DNA of 64,000 nt, taken from assembly GCA_963838925.1 (NCBI GenBank), contig CAWISW010000003.1, forward strand, positions 448,001-512,000, in the 5' to 3' direction. Source of the DNA: an uncultured Nitrososphaerota archaeon. Lineage in GTDB: Archaea > Thermoproteota > Nitrososphaeria > Nitrososphaerales > Gagatemarchaeaceae. Within the stretch, counting starts at the first letter, position 1; each line of letters opens with the position of its first letter. The position numbers and the translations under genes are program-made. Positions 28,584 to 38,029 of the stretch are shown piece after piece. Under the pieces are notes generated by a model, which was not told where the DNA came from, did not search any database, and saw nothing but the letters and a program-made list of their open reading frames with translations.

Positions 28584-29087
28584 TTACCTTCTAGATTCGA
28601 GTTCGTGGACCTTCCCTTCGACGACCGTGAGACGCTGCGTCACGTCCATGCGCTTGTCCAAGCCGTCAACCTTCTTGTCCACGCCGTCTATCTTCTGGCC
28701 CAGGGCTTGCTCGAAGCCGTCGATTCTTTGGACAAGTTTCTGCTCAACATTATCAATCCTCTGACCGAGTTTTTGCTCCAAGCCATCAATCCTTTGACCC
28801 AGCTTTTGCTCCAAGCCGTCCACTCTCTGACCAAGCCCTTTCTCCACGCCACCAAGCCCTTTCTCCACGCCGTCGATCCGCTGACCAAGCCCTTTCTCCA
28901 CACCATCAATCCTCTGACCGAGGTTAAGGTTCACGCCTTCGATTTTTTGGTCCAATCTCCTTATCTCTGTGTGGACGACCTTGAACTCCCCATCGATTTT
29001 CGCGTTCGTCGCCTTGATCTCTCCCTTCAGCTCGCTTATCTGGGGCAGCAGCACCCTCTCAAGCCAACCGGGAATCTTCTCGGCCAT
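28584..29087 (-). CDS. Coiled-coil protein with 11-residue repeats
   Basis: LGQRIDG(V/L)E(K/Q)(G/K) repeats. Confidence 0.75.
   Translation of the reverse strand: MAEKIPGWLERVLLPQISELKGEIKATNAKIDGEFKVVHTEIRRLDQKIEGVNLNLGQRIDGVEKGLGQRIDGVEKGLGGVEKGLGQRVDGLEQKLGQRIDGLEQKLGQRIDNVEQKLVQRIDGFEQALGQKIDGVDKKVDGLDKRMDVTQRLTVVEGKVHELESRR
28690..28925 (-). repeat. Imperfect 33-bp tandem repeat with one 21-bp unit
   Basis: Recurring ACCAAGCCCTTTCTCCAC and CCATCAATCCT units. Confidence 0.8.
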
Positions 29088-29150
29088 TTCTTACTCGGGA
29101 ATACCCGCTGGTGATATTTAACCGCATATTTCGGTTCAAGCGACTTCGTG

Positions 29151-32072
29151 TCAGCTTACGAAGTACCTACGCCTCAGAGCCTCCCGCTCGCCCTCTATCA
29201 CGCAGTCGATGAGGTCTTGGCCGGTCTCCTTCCTCTTCTTCAGCAGGTTAGGGGCCTCCGAGAGCCTGATGCCCCTCCCCGCGATAACGAAGAGCGCGTC
29301 GTCCCCGAACTCGTTCTTGACCTGCGTCGACTTCTTCAACGCCTCTAGCACCTTCTGGGCCTTGCCGTGCATCTGGAGCCTACTCCTCGCCTTGAGCGTC
29401 GCGCCGAAGACCGCCTCGTAGGACTCGGTGGTGTAGCCTATCGTGTCCTTCCTCCCGCACCGGGGGCACCTCTCGGGTGAGCCGTCGCCCACCCTCCTGA
29501 GCTCGACGTACTCCCAGCAGTTGGTGCAGGCCGCGACCAGGAAGCTCTCGCGAATCCTCGCCTCGGTGGACTGGCGGATTATCGCCCTGAGCCTCTCGGG
29601 CGAGACAATCTCGCCCCTCCTGCTCACTTCCTCCAGGCCGATCCTCGCGATGGGCGAGGGCCCTGCCTCTGGCTCCAAGATCACTATGCCGATTTCCTTG
29701 CGGGCGATCTGCGAGATGATTGACTCCGCGGCCTCGGTGTCAAAGTCGTCGTGGAAGATGACGCTGAGCGCCTCGTCGTAGACGGGCGTCCCCCTCAGCG
29801 CCTCCATGAGCCCCGAGATCGAGACGCTCGCGTAGTCCGCCTCCCTCGCGATGGCTCCGCACTTCTTCGCGACGTGGATGAGGCGTCGCTTGAATATCCC
29901 CGACCGCTCCACGGCCGCCCGCGCGAGCTCCTTGATGTCCTTCCCGTAGAGGTCGCGGATGACGCTCTCCACCAGCTTGGGCGACGACTCGACCTCCAAG
30001 ATGATCCTGTAGGGGTCTTGGTGGACGGCCACCGACTGTCCCATCCGCTCGGAGATGATGTGGGCGACCACGCGGGCGAGGAGCCTGTTCACCTTGTGCC
30101 CGAACGTCGCTTGTATCACCACGAACTTATCCCATTTCTCTATGGTGATGAGCCTGTCCGAAGGAACGGCGAGGCCCAGGGACGTCTGCTCCTTCACCTC
30201 GCTCAATGACTCGAGGATCGCCCCTTCGTCCACGGGGTAGCGCTCGCGGAGGGACGCGACTACCGACTTCTCCCCTCTCCCCTCGCTGCCGAGGGCCTCT
30301 GCATACTCCCTCCTTATCGACCCGACCTCGAGGGCGACCGGGAGCGGGACGGGGATCTCGTCGCCGACCCAGCTCGGGACCGCTCCGGTCGGGTCCTCCT
30401 CTGGAGCGACGTAGACCTTGTTCTCGTATATCTCTAATATCTTCCAGCACCTCCCCGCCTCGACGAACTTCACGCCGATCTGCCCGTACTCGGACACGAA
30501 GGCCTCGTCCAGGACACCGATCGCCCGGTCGCCCTCGGCGATCACGACGTACTGCTTCTCGTCGGGGATCATCGAGAGGTTCTCGAAGTAGTATTCGAAG
30601 AGCGGCTTGAAGTCCTTGGCGCGCTTGACGATCCCGTCGTTCTCGGTGAAGAAGAGCAGGCGCGGGTACCTGTCGCGCATGTAGACCAGGTACTTGCCCA
30701 TCGTCTCGATGCTGAGGGTCGAGTACGCGTAGGTCTTCCTCAGGAGGGAGTACAGGTCGTCGAGCTTCCACGAGCTGCTCTCGATGAGGAGTCCTGCTAT
30801 CTGGTGTATCGCGGGGTCGGCGGCGTTCCGGAAGGGGAGGAGCGGCTCGAGCTCGCCGTGGAGGGATTTCCTGCAGAGGACCATGGCCTCGAGCGTGTCG
30901 TCCGAGTCCTGCGTGATTATCATCCCCTTCGATATCTGTCCTATGGAGTGGCCAGCCCTCCCGATGCGCTGGATGAGCCTCGTGACCTGACGAGGGGAGT
31001 TGTACTGTATGACGCAGTCGAGGAAGCCGATGTCGATGCCGAGCTCGAGACTGCTCGTGCAGATTACGCCGGACAGCTTCCCCTCCCTGAGGTTCCTCTC
31101 GGTCGCCTCGCGAGTGGCCCTCGACAGAGAGCTGTGGTGGATGCCTATGGGCAGCCTCTCGTTCCAGACCCTGAACCTGTTCGCGAGCGCCTCCGCCTCT
31201 GACCTGGTGTTCGTGAATATCAGCGTCGACCTGTTCTGGTCGACAGTGTCCCGAATGGTCCTGAGCCTAGCCGCCACCTCGGGGAACGTGAAGATGCTGT
31301 CGGCGAGCGCGATGTCCTCCCCCGTCGCCTTCGGCCTCACCACCTGGAGCTGGAGCATCTTCTCCACGGGCACCCTGACTATCTCGCACTCCCTTCCCTC
31401 TCCTACGAGGAACCTGGATATCGTCTCGGGGGAGCCGATCGTCGCCGAGAGCCCGATCATTTGGATCTCCTTCCCGACCACACGCTTCAGCCGCTCGAGC
31501 GCTATCGAGAGCTGGCTTCCTCGCTTGTCCTCGGCCAGCTCGTGGATCTCGTCGACGACGACCCACTTCAGCTTCATCAGACCGTCCTTTATCCTCCTTC
31601 CAGTGAGGAGTGCCTGTAGCGTCTCAGGCGTCGTGATCATTATGTCGGGCGGCACCATGCTCTGGCCTGCCCTCTCCTGAGCGCCGGTGTCGCCGTGCCT
31701 CACCCCCAGCCTGACGTCGAACCTCTTGCACCACCATTGCATCCTCTCGAGCATGTCCCTGTTGAGCGCCCTGAGCGGCGTGATGTAGAGGAGCTTGATC
31801 CCGCCCGTCCGGGCGAGGCCGTTCCTGATCATCTTGTCGAGTATGGGCAGGAACGCAGCCTCCGTCTTCCCGGTCCCCGTCGGAGCCATCAGCAGCGCGT
31901 TGCGGCCGTCCGCGACGAGGGGGACCATCTTCGACTGCGGGTCTGTGGGGTTGCTGAACCCCCTCTCCTCGAGCGCCTTCAGGAGGGGCGGGGAGAAGAG
32001 CCTCTGGAAGACGTTGCCCTGGTCACCACTTGGCTGGTTCTCGGTGAGACTCGCCTCAGGGGTGCCGGGCAA
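29151..32072 (-). CDS. lhr: Lhr-family SF2 helicase
   Basis: APTGTGKT, PLRALNRD, TTPETL, DEIH, SAT, TSSLELGIDIG, QRIGRAGH, PSW.G, C-terminal Zn finger. Confidence 0.92.
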   Translation of the reverse strand: MPGTPEASLTENQPSGDQGNVFQRLFSPPLLKALEERGFSNPTDPQSKMVPLVADGRNALLMAPTGTGKTEAAFLPILDKMIRNGLARTGGIKLLYITPLRALNRDMLERMQWWCKRFDVRLGVRHGDTGAQERAGQSMVPPDIMITTPETLQALLTGRRIKDGLMKLKWVVVDEIHELAEDKRGSQLSIALERLKRVVGKEIQMIGLSATIGSPETISRFLVGEGRECEIVRVPVEKMLQLQVVRPKATGEDIALADSIFTFPEVAARLRTIRDTVDQNRSTLIFTNTRSEAEALANRFRVWNERLPIGIHHSSLSRATREATERNLREGKLSGVICTSSLELGIDIGFLDCVIQYNSPRQVTRLIQRIGRAGHSIGQISKGMIITQDSDDTLEAMVLCRKSLHGELEPLLPFRNAADPAIHQIAGLLIESSSWKLDDLYSLLRKTYAYSTLSIETMGKYLVYMRDRYPRLLFFTENDGIVKRAKDFKPLFEYYFENLSMIPDEKQYVVIAEGDRAIGVLDEAFVSEYGQIGVKFVEAGRCWKILEIYENKVYVAPEEDPTGAVPSWVGDEIPVPLPVALEVGSIRREYAEALGSEGRGEKSVVASLRERYPVDEGAILESLSEVKEQTSLGLAVPSDRLITIEKWDKFVVIQATFGHKVNRLLARVVAHIISERMGQSVAVHQDPYRIILEVESSPKLVESVIRDLYGKDIKELARAAVERSGIFKRRLIHVAKKCGAIAREADYASVSISGLMEALRGTPVYDEALSVIFHDDFDTEAAESIISQIARKEIGIVILEPEAGPSPIARIGLEEVSRRGEIVSPERLRAIIRQSTEARIRESFLVAACTNCWEYVELRRVGDGSPERCPRCGRKDTIGYTTESYEAVFGATLKARSRLQMHGKAQKVLEALKKSTQVKNEFGDDALFVIAGRGIRLSEAPNLLKKRKETGQDLIDCVIEGEREALRRRYFVS

Positions 32073-32125
32073 CTGAAAACTTCAACCGCCTTCTCCGTCG
32101 CTTACCTAACTACGTTTCCCTTAGG

Positions 32126-33823
32126 TCAGAAGGCCGAAGTCTCGCCAGGCACCATGCAGACGGCCCCCTTTGACGAGGACGTGACGAGCTCCGCGTACTT
32201 TGCAAAGACTCCGTGCTTGTACTTGATCGGTCGGGGCTTCCAGGTCTTCCTCCTCTCCGCTAGCTCTTGGTCGGAGACCTCGACGTTGAGAGACCTCTTG
32301 GCGACGTCGATGGAGATGATGTCGCCGTCCTTCAGGAGTCCTATTGTTCCGCCGACCTGTGCTTCAGGCGCGATGTGCCCGATCATGAATCCGTGGGTGG
32401 CTCCGGAGAACCTCCCGTCGGTAAGAAGCGCTACCGAGTCCTTCAAACCCTGTCCCACCAACGCGGCGGTGACGACGAGCATCTCGCGCATGCCTGGCCC
32501 GCCCTTCGGCCCCTCGTAGCGGACGACGACAACGTCGCCCGGGTTGATCTTCTTCTCGATTATCGCTTGACGCGCATCCTCCTCCCTCTCGAAGACTCTC
32601 GCCGGTCCCCGATGGGCGTTCTTCGTGGAACCTGCGGTCTTGAGCACGCCGCCCTCGGTGGCCAGGTTCCCTCTGAGGACGGCGAACCCCCCGGACTTTC
32701 TAACCGGGTTCGATATGGGGTGGATGACGTCCTGGCCGGATGGGAGCTTGACGCCATTCAGCCTCTCCGCGAGGCTCTCGCCCGTGACGGTCCGCGCGTC
32801 GCCGTGGAGCAAGCCTGCATCGAGGAGCTGCCTCATGACCAGCTTGACGCCCCCCACTCTGTCGACGTCCGACATCACGTACTTGCCTGCCGGGCGCAGG
32901 TCCGCGAGCTCTGGCACGTTGACGCCGACCCTTTCGATGTCTTCGTAGGTCAGCTTCACTCCTGCCTCATATGCGATTGCTAGCAGGTGGAGCACCGCGT
33001 TGGTGGAACCGCCCATTCCTGCGACAACGGCGATTGCGTTCTCGAACGCGTTCTTCGTAAGGATGTCGCGCGGGCGAGTGTTGCTATCGAGCGCCTTCAT
33101 CACGCCCCATCCGCTCTCGTAAGCAATCTTCTTCCTCTGCTCGCTCGGTGCCACCGGAGCGGCGCTGTCGGGGACGGTGAGTCCGATCGCTTCGAGGGCT
33201 GATGCCATCGTGTTTGCGGTGAACATCCCGCCGCAGGCACCATAGGTGGGGCAGGCGTTGCACTCCAGGTCCTTGAGCTGTTGGACCGTCATTGTCCCCC
33301 TCGAAACCTGCCCCATCGCCTCGAAGACGTCTTGGATCGTGACCTCCTTCCCGTTGAACTCTCCGGGCGGGATGCTCCCACCGTAGAGGTAGACTCCGGG
33401 TATGTTGACGCGCGCCAAGGCCATCGCGGAGGCTGGCTGGGTCTTGTCGCAGCCGCCTATCGTAACCAGCCCGTCGAACTGATATCCGGCAGCACAGAGC
33501 TCAATCGAGTCGGCGATGACCTCGCGGCTGATTAGCGAGGCCTTCATCCCCTCGTGCCCCATCGCCATTGCGTCGTTGATTGCGATGCTATTGAACTCCA
33601 AGGGCGTGCCTCCTGCGTCTCTCACGCCCCTCTTCACCTCGTTGGCAAGTTCCCTTAGGTTATAGTTGCAGGGCTGGGCCTCGATCCATGTGTTAGCGAT
33701 GCCGATGATGGGCTTGTCAAAGTCCTCGTCGGTCAAGCCGATGGCGCGCAGCATCGCCCGCTGGGGGGTCCTCTCGATGCCCGCGGTGAGTTTGGCCGGG
33801 TGCCCCTTTGTTACACTTTGCAA
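32126..33823 (-). CDS. ilvD: Dihydroxy-acid dehydratase
   Basis: PCN, GCDKT.P, CGGMFTANTM, GGSTNAVLHL, GPKGGPGMREM, TDGRFSG. Confidence 0.97.
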   Translation of the reverse strand: MQSVTKGHPAKLTAGIERTPQRAMLRAIGLTDEDFDKPIIGIANTWIEAQPCNYNLRELANEVKRGVRDAGGTPLEFNSIAINDAMAMGHEGMKASLISREVIADSIELCAAGYQFDGLVTIGGCDKTQPASAMALARVNIPGVYLYGGSIPPGEFNGKEVTIQDVFEAMGQVSRGTMTVQQLKDLECNACPTYGACGGMFTANTMASALEAIGLTVPDSAAPVAPSEQRKKIAYESGWGVMKALDSNTRPRDILTKNAFENAIAVVAGMGGSTNAVLHLLAIAYEAGVKLTYEDIERVGVNVPELADLRPAGKYVMSDVDRVGGVKLVMRQLLDAGLLHGDARTVTGESLAERLNGVKLPSGQDVIHPISNPVRKSGGFAVLRGNLATEGGVLKTAGSTKNAHRGPARVFEREEDARQAIIEKKINPGDVVVVRYEGPKGGPGMREMLVVTAALVGQGLKDSVALLTDGRFSGATHGFMIGHIAPEAQVGGTIGLLKDGDIISIDVAKRSLNVEVSDQELAERRKTWKPRPIKYKHGVFAKYAELVTSSSKGAVCMVPGETSAF

Positions 33824-33854
33824 TAGAATCTGACCTGAAGCCGGCTCCGGAGTT

Positions 33855-34250
33855 TTATAAGCGTAATTGCGCGACGATGGCCAGTTCGGCAGAAGACCTG
33901 AACAGGTTGGCCATCACCGGCTCCAGTGAGCAAGTTACCGGGTTGACCTTCAGACGCAGCGTCTCCAACGTGGTCACTCCGAGCAGGAGTTCGTCTCCCG
34001 GCCCCACCATTACGGGAATCGCTCTTCTGGATGACCCATATTCGACTCTGGCGTCAGCGAGGCCGGCCTCCTTGACACTGCCGTCTGCGAGCTTGACGCG
34101 GATTACCTCGTTGGGAACGATTCCTAACCTTCTGGCGAGCGAAGGCGAAATCTTCGTGTAGAGGGCGCCGGTGTCAACCAGCATCTCGACATCCTCGTTG
34201 CCCTTCTCGCCTTGCAAGCGCACAGTCGCCCAAGTCTCGCCCATCTTCAT
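33855..34250 (-). CDS. Clan AA (retropepsin-like) aspartic protease
   Basis: LVDTGA, LADG, LLGVTTLE.L.L.VNP. Confidence 0.85.
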   Translation of the reverse strand: MKMGETWATVRLQGEKGNEDVEMLVDTGALYTKISPSLARRLGIVPNEVIRVKLADGSVKEAGLADARVEYGSSRRAIPVMVGPGDELLLGVTTLETLRLKVNPVTCSLEPVMANLFRSSAELAIVAQLRL

Positions 34251-34369
34251 TGGTCACCAGTGGAGACAGTCCGCAGATAAATATTAACGCCAATGAGTCG
34301 CGTCAGAGCCAAGTCGCCAGCCATCTCCCAAACTTATATCATGTGGCGCGGACGGCGCCTCCGGAAAAC

Positions 34370-35371
34370 ATGGCAAGGATGTGGCACGACGACGACGTCA
34401 GTTTGGGGCCGATAAAGGGCGAAACGATCGCTGTCATCGGCTACGGTATCCAAGGAGCGGCCCAGGCGAGCAACCTGAGGGACTCAGGGCTAAAGGTGGT
34501 CGTGGGGCTGCGCGAGGGAGGGAAGAGCTGGGCCAAGGCCAAGAAGGAGGGCCACAAGGTCATGACCGTCCCCGACGCGGTGAAGGCGGCGGATTTGGTC
34601 CATGTGCTGATTCCTGATATGCAACAAGCCCGCACCTTCAAGGAAGAGATTCGTCCGTATCTGAAGAAGGACATGGCTCTCTCCTTCTCGCATGGCGCAG
34701 CAATCCATTGGAAGTGGATAGTTCCCCCAAAAAACGTCGACGTAATCATGCTCGCTCCAAAAGCACCAGGGCAGAGAGTGAGAGAGCTTTACCTTGAAAA
34801 CTTTGGCACACCGGCGCTCGTTGCGGTCTACCAAGACGCAACTGGAAGAGCTTGGGACAGAATACTGGGGATGGCGAAGGGCGTCGGGACGACGAGGGCT
34901 GGCGTTCTGGAGACGACCTTCCGGGAGGAGACCGAGACGGATTGGTTCGGAGAACAAGTCGATCTCTGCGGCGGGTCGCACCGGATGATCTTGAGCGCAT
35001 TCGAGACTTTGGTCGAAGCAGGTTATTCCCCTGAAGGGGCTTACTTCGAAGTCCTGCACGAACTCAAGCTCATCGTGGACTTGATGCAAAAATACGGGAT
35101 TGCAGGCATGTATCGCAGAGTTAGCGAAACCGCGAGATATGGTGGTCTGACTAGGGGGCAAGTTGCCATCGGACCCGAGGTCAAGAAGAACATGAAGAAG
35201 GTCCTCAAGGAGATACAGAGCGGCAAGTTCGCGAAGGAATGGGTCAGCGTCTACGAGAAGGAGGGGGAGAAGAGCTTCGGCAAGTACATGGCTGAATTGG
35301 ACAAACACCAAATCGAGGTCGTGGGCAGGAAGCTGCGGAAGATGATGTGGCCCAACGACCAAGTGACGTAA
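34370..35371 (+). CDS. ilvC: Ketol-acid reductoisomerase; mosaic, recoded from about 34592
   Basis: IGYGIQG..QA.NLRDSG, LIPD, FSHG, APKAPG, ETETDWFGEQ, YFEVLHELKLIVDL, SETARYG; TATA-like CTTATAT upstream. Confidence 0.96.
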   Translation: MARMWHDDDVSLGPIKGETIAVIGYGIQGAAQASNLRDSGLKVVVGLREGGKSWAKAKKEGHKVMTVPDAVKAADLVHVLIPDMQQARTFKEEIRPYLKKDMALSFSHGAAIHWKWIVPPKNVDVIMLAPKAPGQRVRELYLENFGTPALVAVYQDATGRAWDRILGMAKGVGTTRAGVLETTFREETETDWFGEQVDLCGGSHRMILSAFETLVEAGYSPEGAYFEVLHELKLIVDLMQKYGIAGMYRRVSETARYGGLTRGQVAIGPEVKKNMKKVLKEIQSGKFAKEWVSVYEKEGEKSFGKYMAELDKHQIEVVGRKLRKMMWPNDQVT

Positions 35372-35401
35372 TTCTTCAGAAGCTCTCTAGCCAAAGACGC
35401 G

Positions 35402-37057
35402 CTATTCCTTTGGCCACACTTTTCGAAGGTGTAGCTCGCCTGTCGAGTTCGCACAATCCCAATCGAGTAAGGCCGCATAGGCCCCCTTGACCTTTCGAGT
35501 TTCCGGCCCAATATCGTAATTCTTGTACTGCCCCAACTGGATGCTTGCTTGTTTGAAGGCCGGTTCTAGGTAAGTCCACCACTTGTGCTCGAAGAAATAC
35601 AAGTCGCTCGAGGATTCTCGCCGCATCAAGCTGTCTGGACCAGGATACGTCGACCCCATCTGCCATTGGCCTTCTGAGCTGGGATGTCTCCGCACCTCTA
35701 TCCAGCCAGCATGAGACAAAATAGCGGGGTTAATCTCCTCGGCCACCTTGCCTTTCTCAGCGATTATTTCGTATTTGCTTTCGGCATGCGAAAGACGGGA
35801 GTTTACGTGATTCTGCACCGACGAATCCACCTCAAACGAAAAGCGATTCTCCGTCCCCTCTTCCTTCGAAAGCAGCCTCACCTTGTCGATAATCAGGCCA
35901 GTCTTGAACTGCTCAATTTCCTGACGAAGAGAGGCTCTCGCCGCAGTCACTTCTCTTTCCTTGGGGACGAAGACAAACTTCAAACGATCTCGAGTTGCGA
36001 TGAATCTGCTGATTTTTCCGGTCCCGTCATACGCTGCCCTCGAATGTTCGCCATCGAACCAGAACCTGAATTGCCTTTTTCCCTCTTGAAACCGTGCAAC
36101 CAGAAGTACTTCGAGGCTGTAAGAATCCAGATGAGAATCTTTGAAGGGGAAAAAGTGGCCATCGACCTTTAGGCCCAACGTATTTTCTCGGAAGCTCAGT
36201 CTAGCATTTTTCATGTCTTCCTGTCTATGACTATTGAAGTCTTTGATGAACTGTTCTTGGGAATATGCCCTGACAGTCAGCAGTTCAAACAAATCCCCCT
36301 GCTTTCCCCCGAGCTTGCCTACACGGAGGTGAACAATTTTGCTCTCTCTATTGAGCTGCATTTCCCCGAAGACTTTCCTTGTCAGGTTCTCAGACGCGGA
36401 AAGGCTTCGTATTCCCAGTTCTAGTATTCCTCTCCTGTCTTTCGAAAAGCGCTCGTGAGGCAAGCCGGCCGATTCCAACGCAGCTTGTCTAAAGGTCAGC
36501 TGAGGCCAACCACGGATGGTCTCAACTCTGAATGACTTTCTTTGCTCGATGGAGATGAGTACGATCTTGTAGCTTTCGCGAGCCTTGAGATTCTGCCTGT
36601 ACTCGAAGGGAGCATACAAGAAGATACATTTTCTCTTTGCTCCGATGTGCATCGCATCGAAGCTCCCGACGCCTTCGATTCTACCCTTGATGCTGTATAC
36701 CCTGCCCACCCGTAGATGGAAACCAGCTGCTTTCTCGAACGCAGACTGCAATATTCGAAACCTGAAATTTCCGTCAACAGTTGCCATTCTAGATGCTCTG
36801 GCAGTAAAGATTCCAAGGTATTGGTCTCTGCTCTTTGAAGTGCTTCCGACGGCGATAGCGGATTCATGCTCAGGGGTGTGCCTACTCATTCCTTCATCTG
36901 AATCAGGCGCGGATTTCACAGCCGCAGATTGGGATCCAGTGTCGGGGCGAACCGAAGAAATCGAGGGTTCGACGGGAGGGACCGGAGACAGCGCAGCATC
37001 TGAGACTCGTATTCCCAACTTTGGAGTCGCAGTTATGGACGAGATAACATCGGCCAT
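35402..37057 (-). CDS. Putative PD-(D/E)XK endonuclease with N-terminal domain shared with the LAGLIDADG protein
   Basis: KGKVAEE..GPDSL..YFFEHKW..A..QLGQY catalytic pattern; true start may be downstream of 37057. Confidence 0.68.
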   Translation of the reverse strand: MADVISSITATPKLGIRVSDAALSPVPPVEPSISSVRPDTGSQSAAVKSAPDSDEGMSRHTPEHESAIAVGSTSKSRDQYLGIFTARASRMATVDGNFRFRILQSAFEKAAGFHLRVGRVYSIKGRIEGVGSFDAMHIGAKRKCIFLYAPFEYRQNLKARESYKIVLISIEQRKSFRVETIRGWPQLTFRQAALESAGLPHERFSKDRRGILELGIRSLSASENLTRKVFGEMQLNRESKIVHLRVGKLGGKQGDLFELLTVRAYSQEQFIKDFNSHRQEDMKNARLSFRENTLGLKVDGHFFPFKDSHLDSYSLEVLLVARFQEGKRQFRFWFDGEHSRAAYDGTGKISRFIATRDRLKFVFVPKEREVTAARASLRQEIEQFKTGLIIDKVRLLSKEEGTENRFSFEVDSSVQNHVNSRLSHAESKYEIIAEKGKVAEEINPAILSHAGWIEVRRHPSSEGQWQMGSTYPGPDSLMRRESSSDLYFFEHKWWTYLEPAFKQASIQLGQYKNYDIGPETRKVKGAYAALLDWDCANSTGELHLRKVWPKE

Positions 37058-37203
37058 CGTAACGGGGTAACGGAGACAGGGCGGGGTAGAAGGAAAACGG
37101 AGGTGAGGCAGGAAGGAGGATAGGAGAACACAACGGGGCAGTGAAGGTCGGAGACGAAAAATGAACGTGAGATGATACGTTACCTTCGCATAAAAGCATA
37201 TGT

Positions 37204-37315
37204 TTGACTAGTCTCCACTTAACGCAACGTCAACAATCGCGTTGACATCAGAGAGTCTCATCGTGTCAAATGTCTGATAGTCAATTCGCAAAATCATGTC
37301 AAGTAGATAGTTGAC
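37204..37315. promoter_or_regulatory. GTCAA-N8-TTGAC palindrome array
   Basis: Full sites at 37229-37246 and 37298-37315; half sites at 37204, 37265 and 37280. Confidence 0.5.
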
Positions 37316-37423
37316 TCTGGGAAAAGCGAATCTTGCAATGAATTGCTATTCTTGGAACTAGAATTTCCAGCTCTATGATTGGCTAAAAGCCGTTTGTGTG
37401 GACCTCGCTCTCATGACGACTCA

Positions 37424-37470
37424 TAGCAAAGAGGAGGAATTCCGCAGGTAGCCGATTATGGGGACCAAGA
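37424..37470 (+). pseudogene. tes: Heavily degraded tes 3'-terminal remnant
   Basis: GAGGAATTCCGCAGGTAGCCGATT versus GAGGAAGTCCACATCCAGCCGATT (41489-41512), 19/24 identical; the following sequence resembles 22574-22600. Confidence 0.45.
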
Positions 37471-37557
37471 GAACAAGCATTCGCCCCGGGTGATTTCTTG
37501 AGGGTAGAGGATATTGAGGGGAAACAATTCGCCAATAGGAGAGAAGAATCGGCGCAA

Positions 37558-37990
37558 TTGCCAGATTAGTTAGATAAGGCATAAATAATCGCGACTACGT
37601 TAATGCAAATAGGTCTCATGACTATTGGCAATCTCGTGCCAATGACGTTTTCCTACTCCGCATGGGGCACAGCGGATGAAGATCGAAAGAACAGAGGAAA
37701 GCGAAGGTCGCACATCGAGGTTCAGGCATCGATTCTCAGGGCGCTCGCTTCCGAGTATCTCACGATAAACCAGCTTGCAATCCGCGTGAACCTGAACAGG
37801 GTTCTCGCCAAGACCTACGTAAAAGAGCTGTCACAGAAAGGACGGATCGAGAGCAAGAAGATGAAAGGGCTGGAGAGATACTCCGCCACGCAGAGCGGAG
37901 TCGCCTGGCTGAAGCGCTTCGAGACCTTGGTCCGTGATTAGAGATACGGATTCTAGTTACCGGATGATAGTTTCTGCCTGCTTTAACTAG
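37558..37990 (+). repeat. Approx. 430-bp wHTH module, copy 2
   Basis: Aligns with 22690-23123. Confidence 0.9.
37618..37941 (+). CDS. Archaeal winged-helix transcription regulator
   Basis: Near-identical core to 22751-23089 (SEYLTINQLAIRVNLNRVLAK). Confidence 0.8.
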   Translation: MTIGNLVPMTFSYSAWGTADEDRKNRGKRRSHIEVQASILRALASEYLTINQLAIRVNLNRVLAKTYVKELSQKGRIESKKMKGLERYSATQSGVAWLKRFETLVRD

Positions 37991-38029
37991 GCGCGCTGAA
38001 ATCTATACGTCTGAGTATGTGACTGCTTA

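Noticed and set aside
28690-28925. CRISPR array
   Set aside because: Contiguous in-frame coding repeats with no unique spacers; no cas genes seen.
33855-34250. Retropepsin-like gene as evidence of a retroelement
   Set aside because: Stand-alone clan AA proteases are common in archaea; no reverse transcriptase or integrase nearby.
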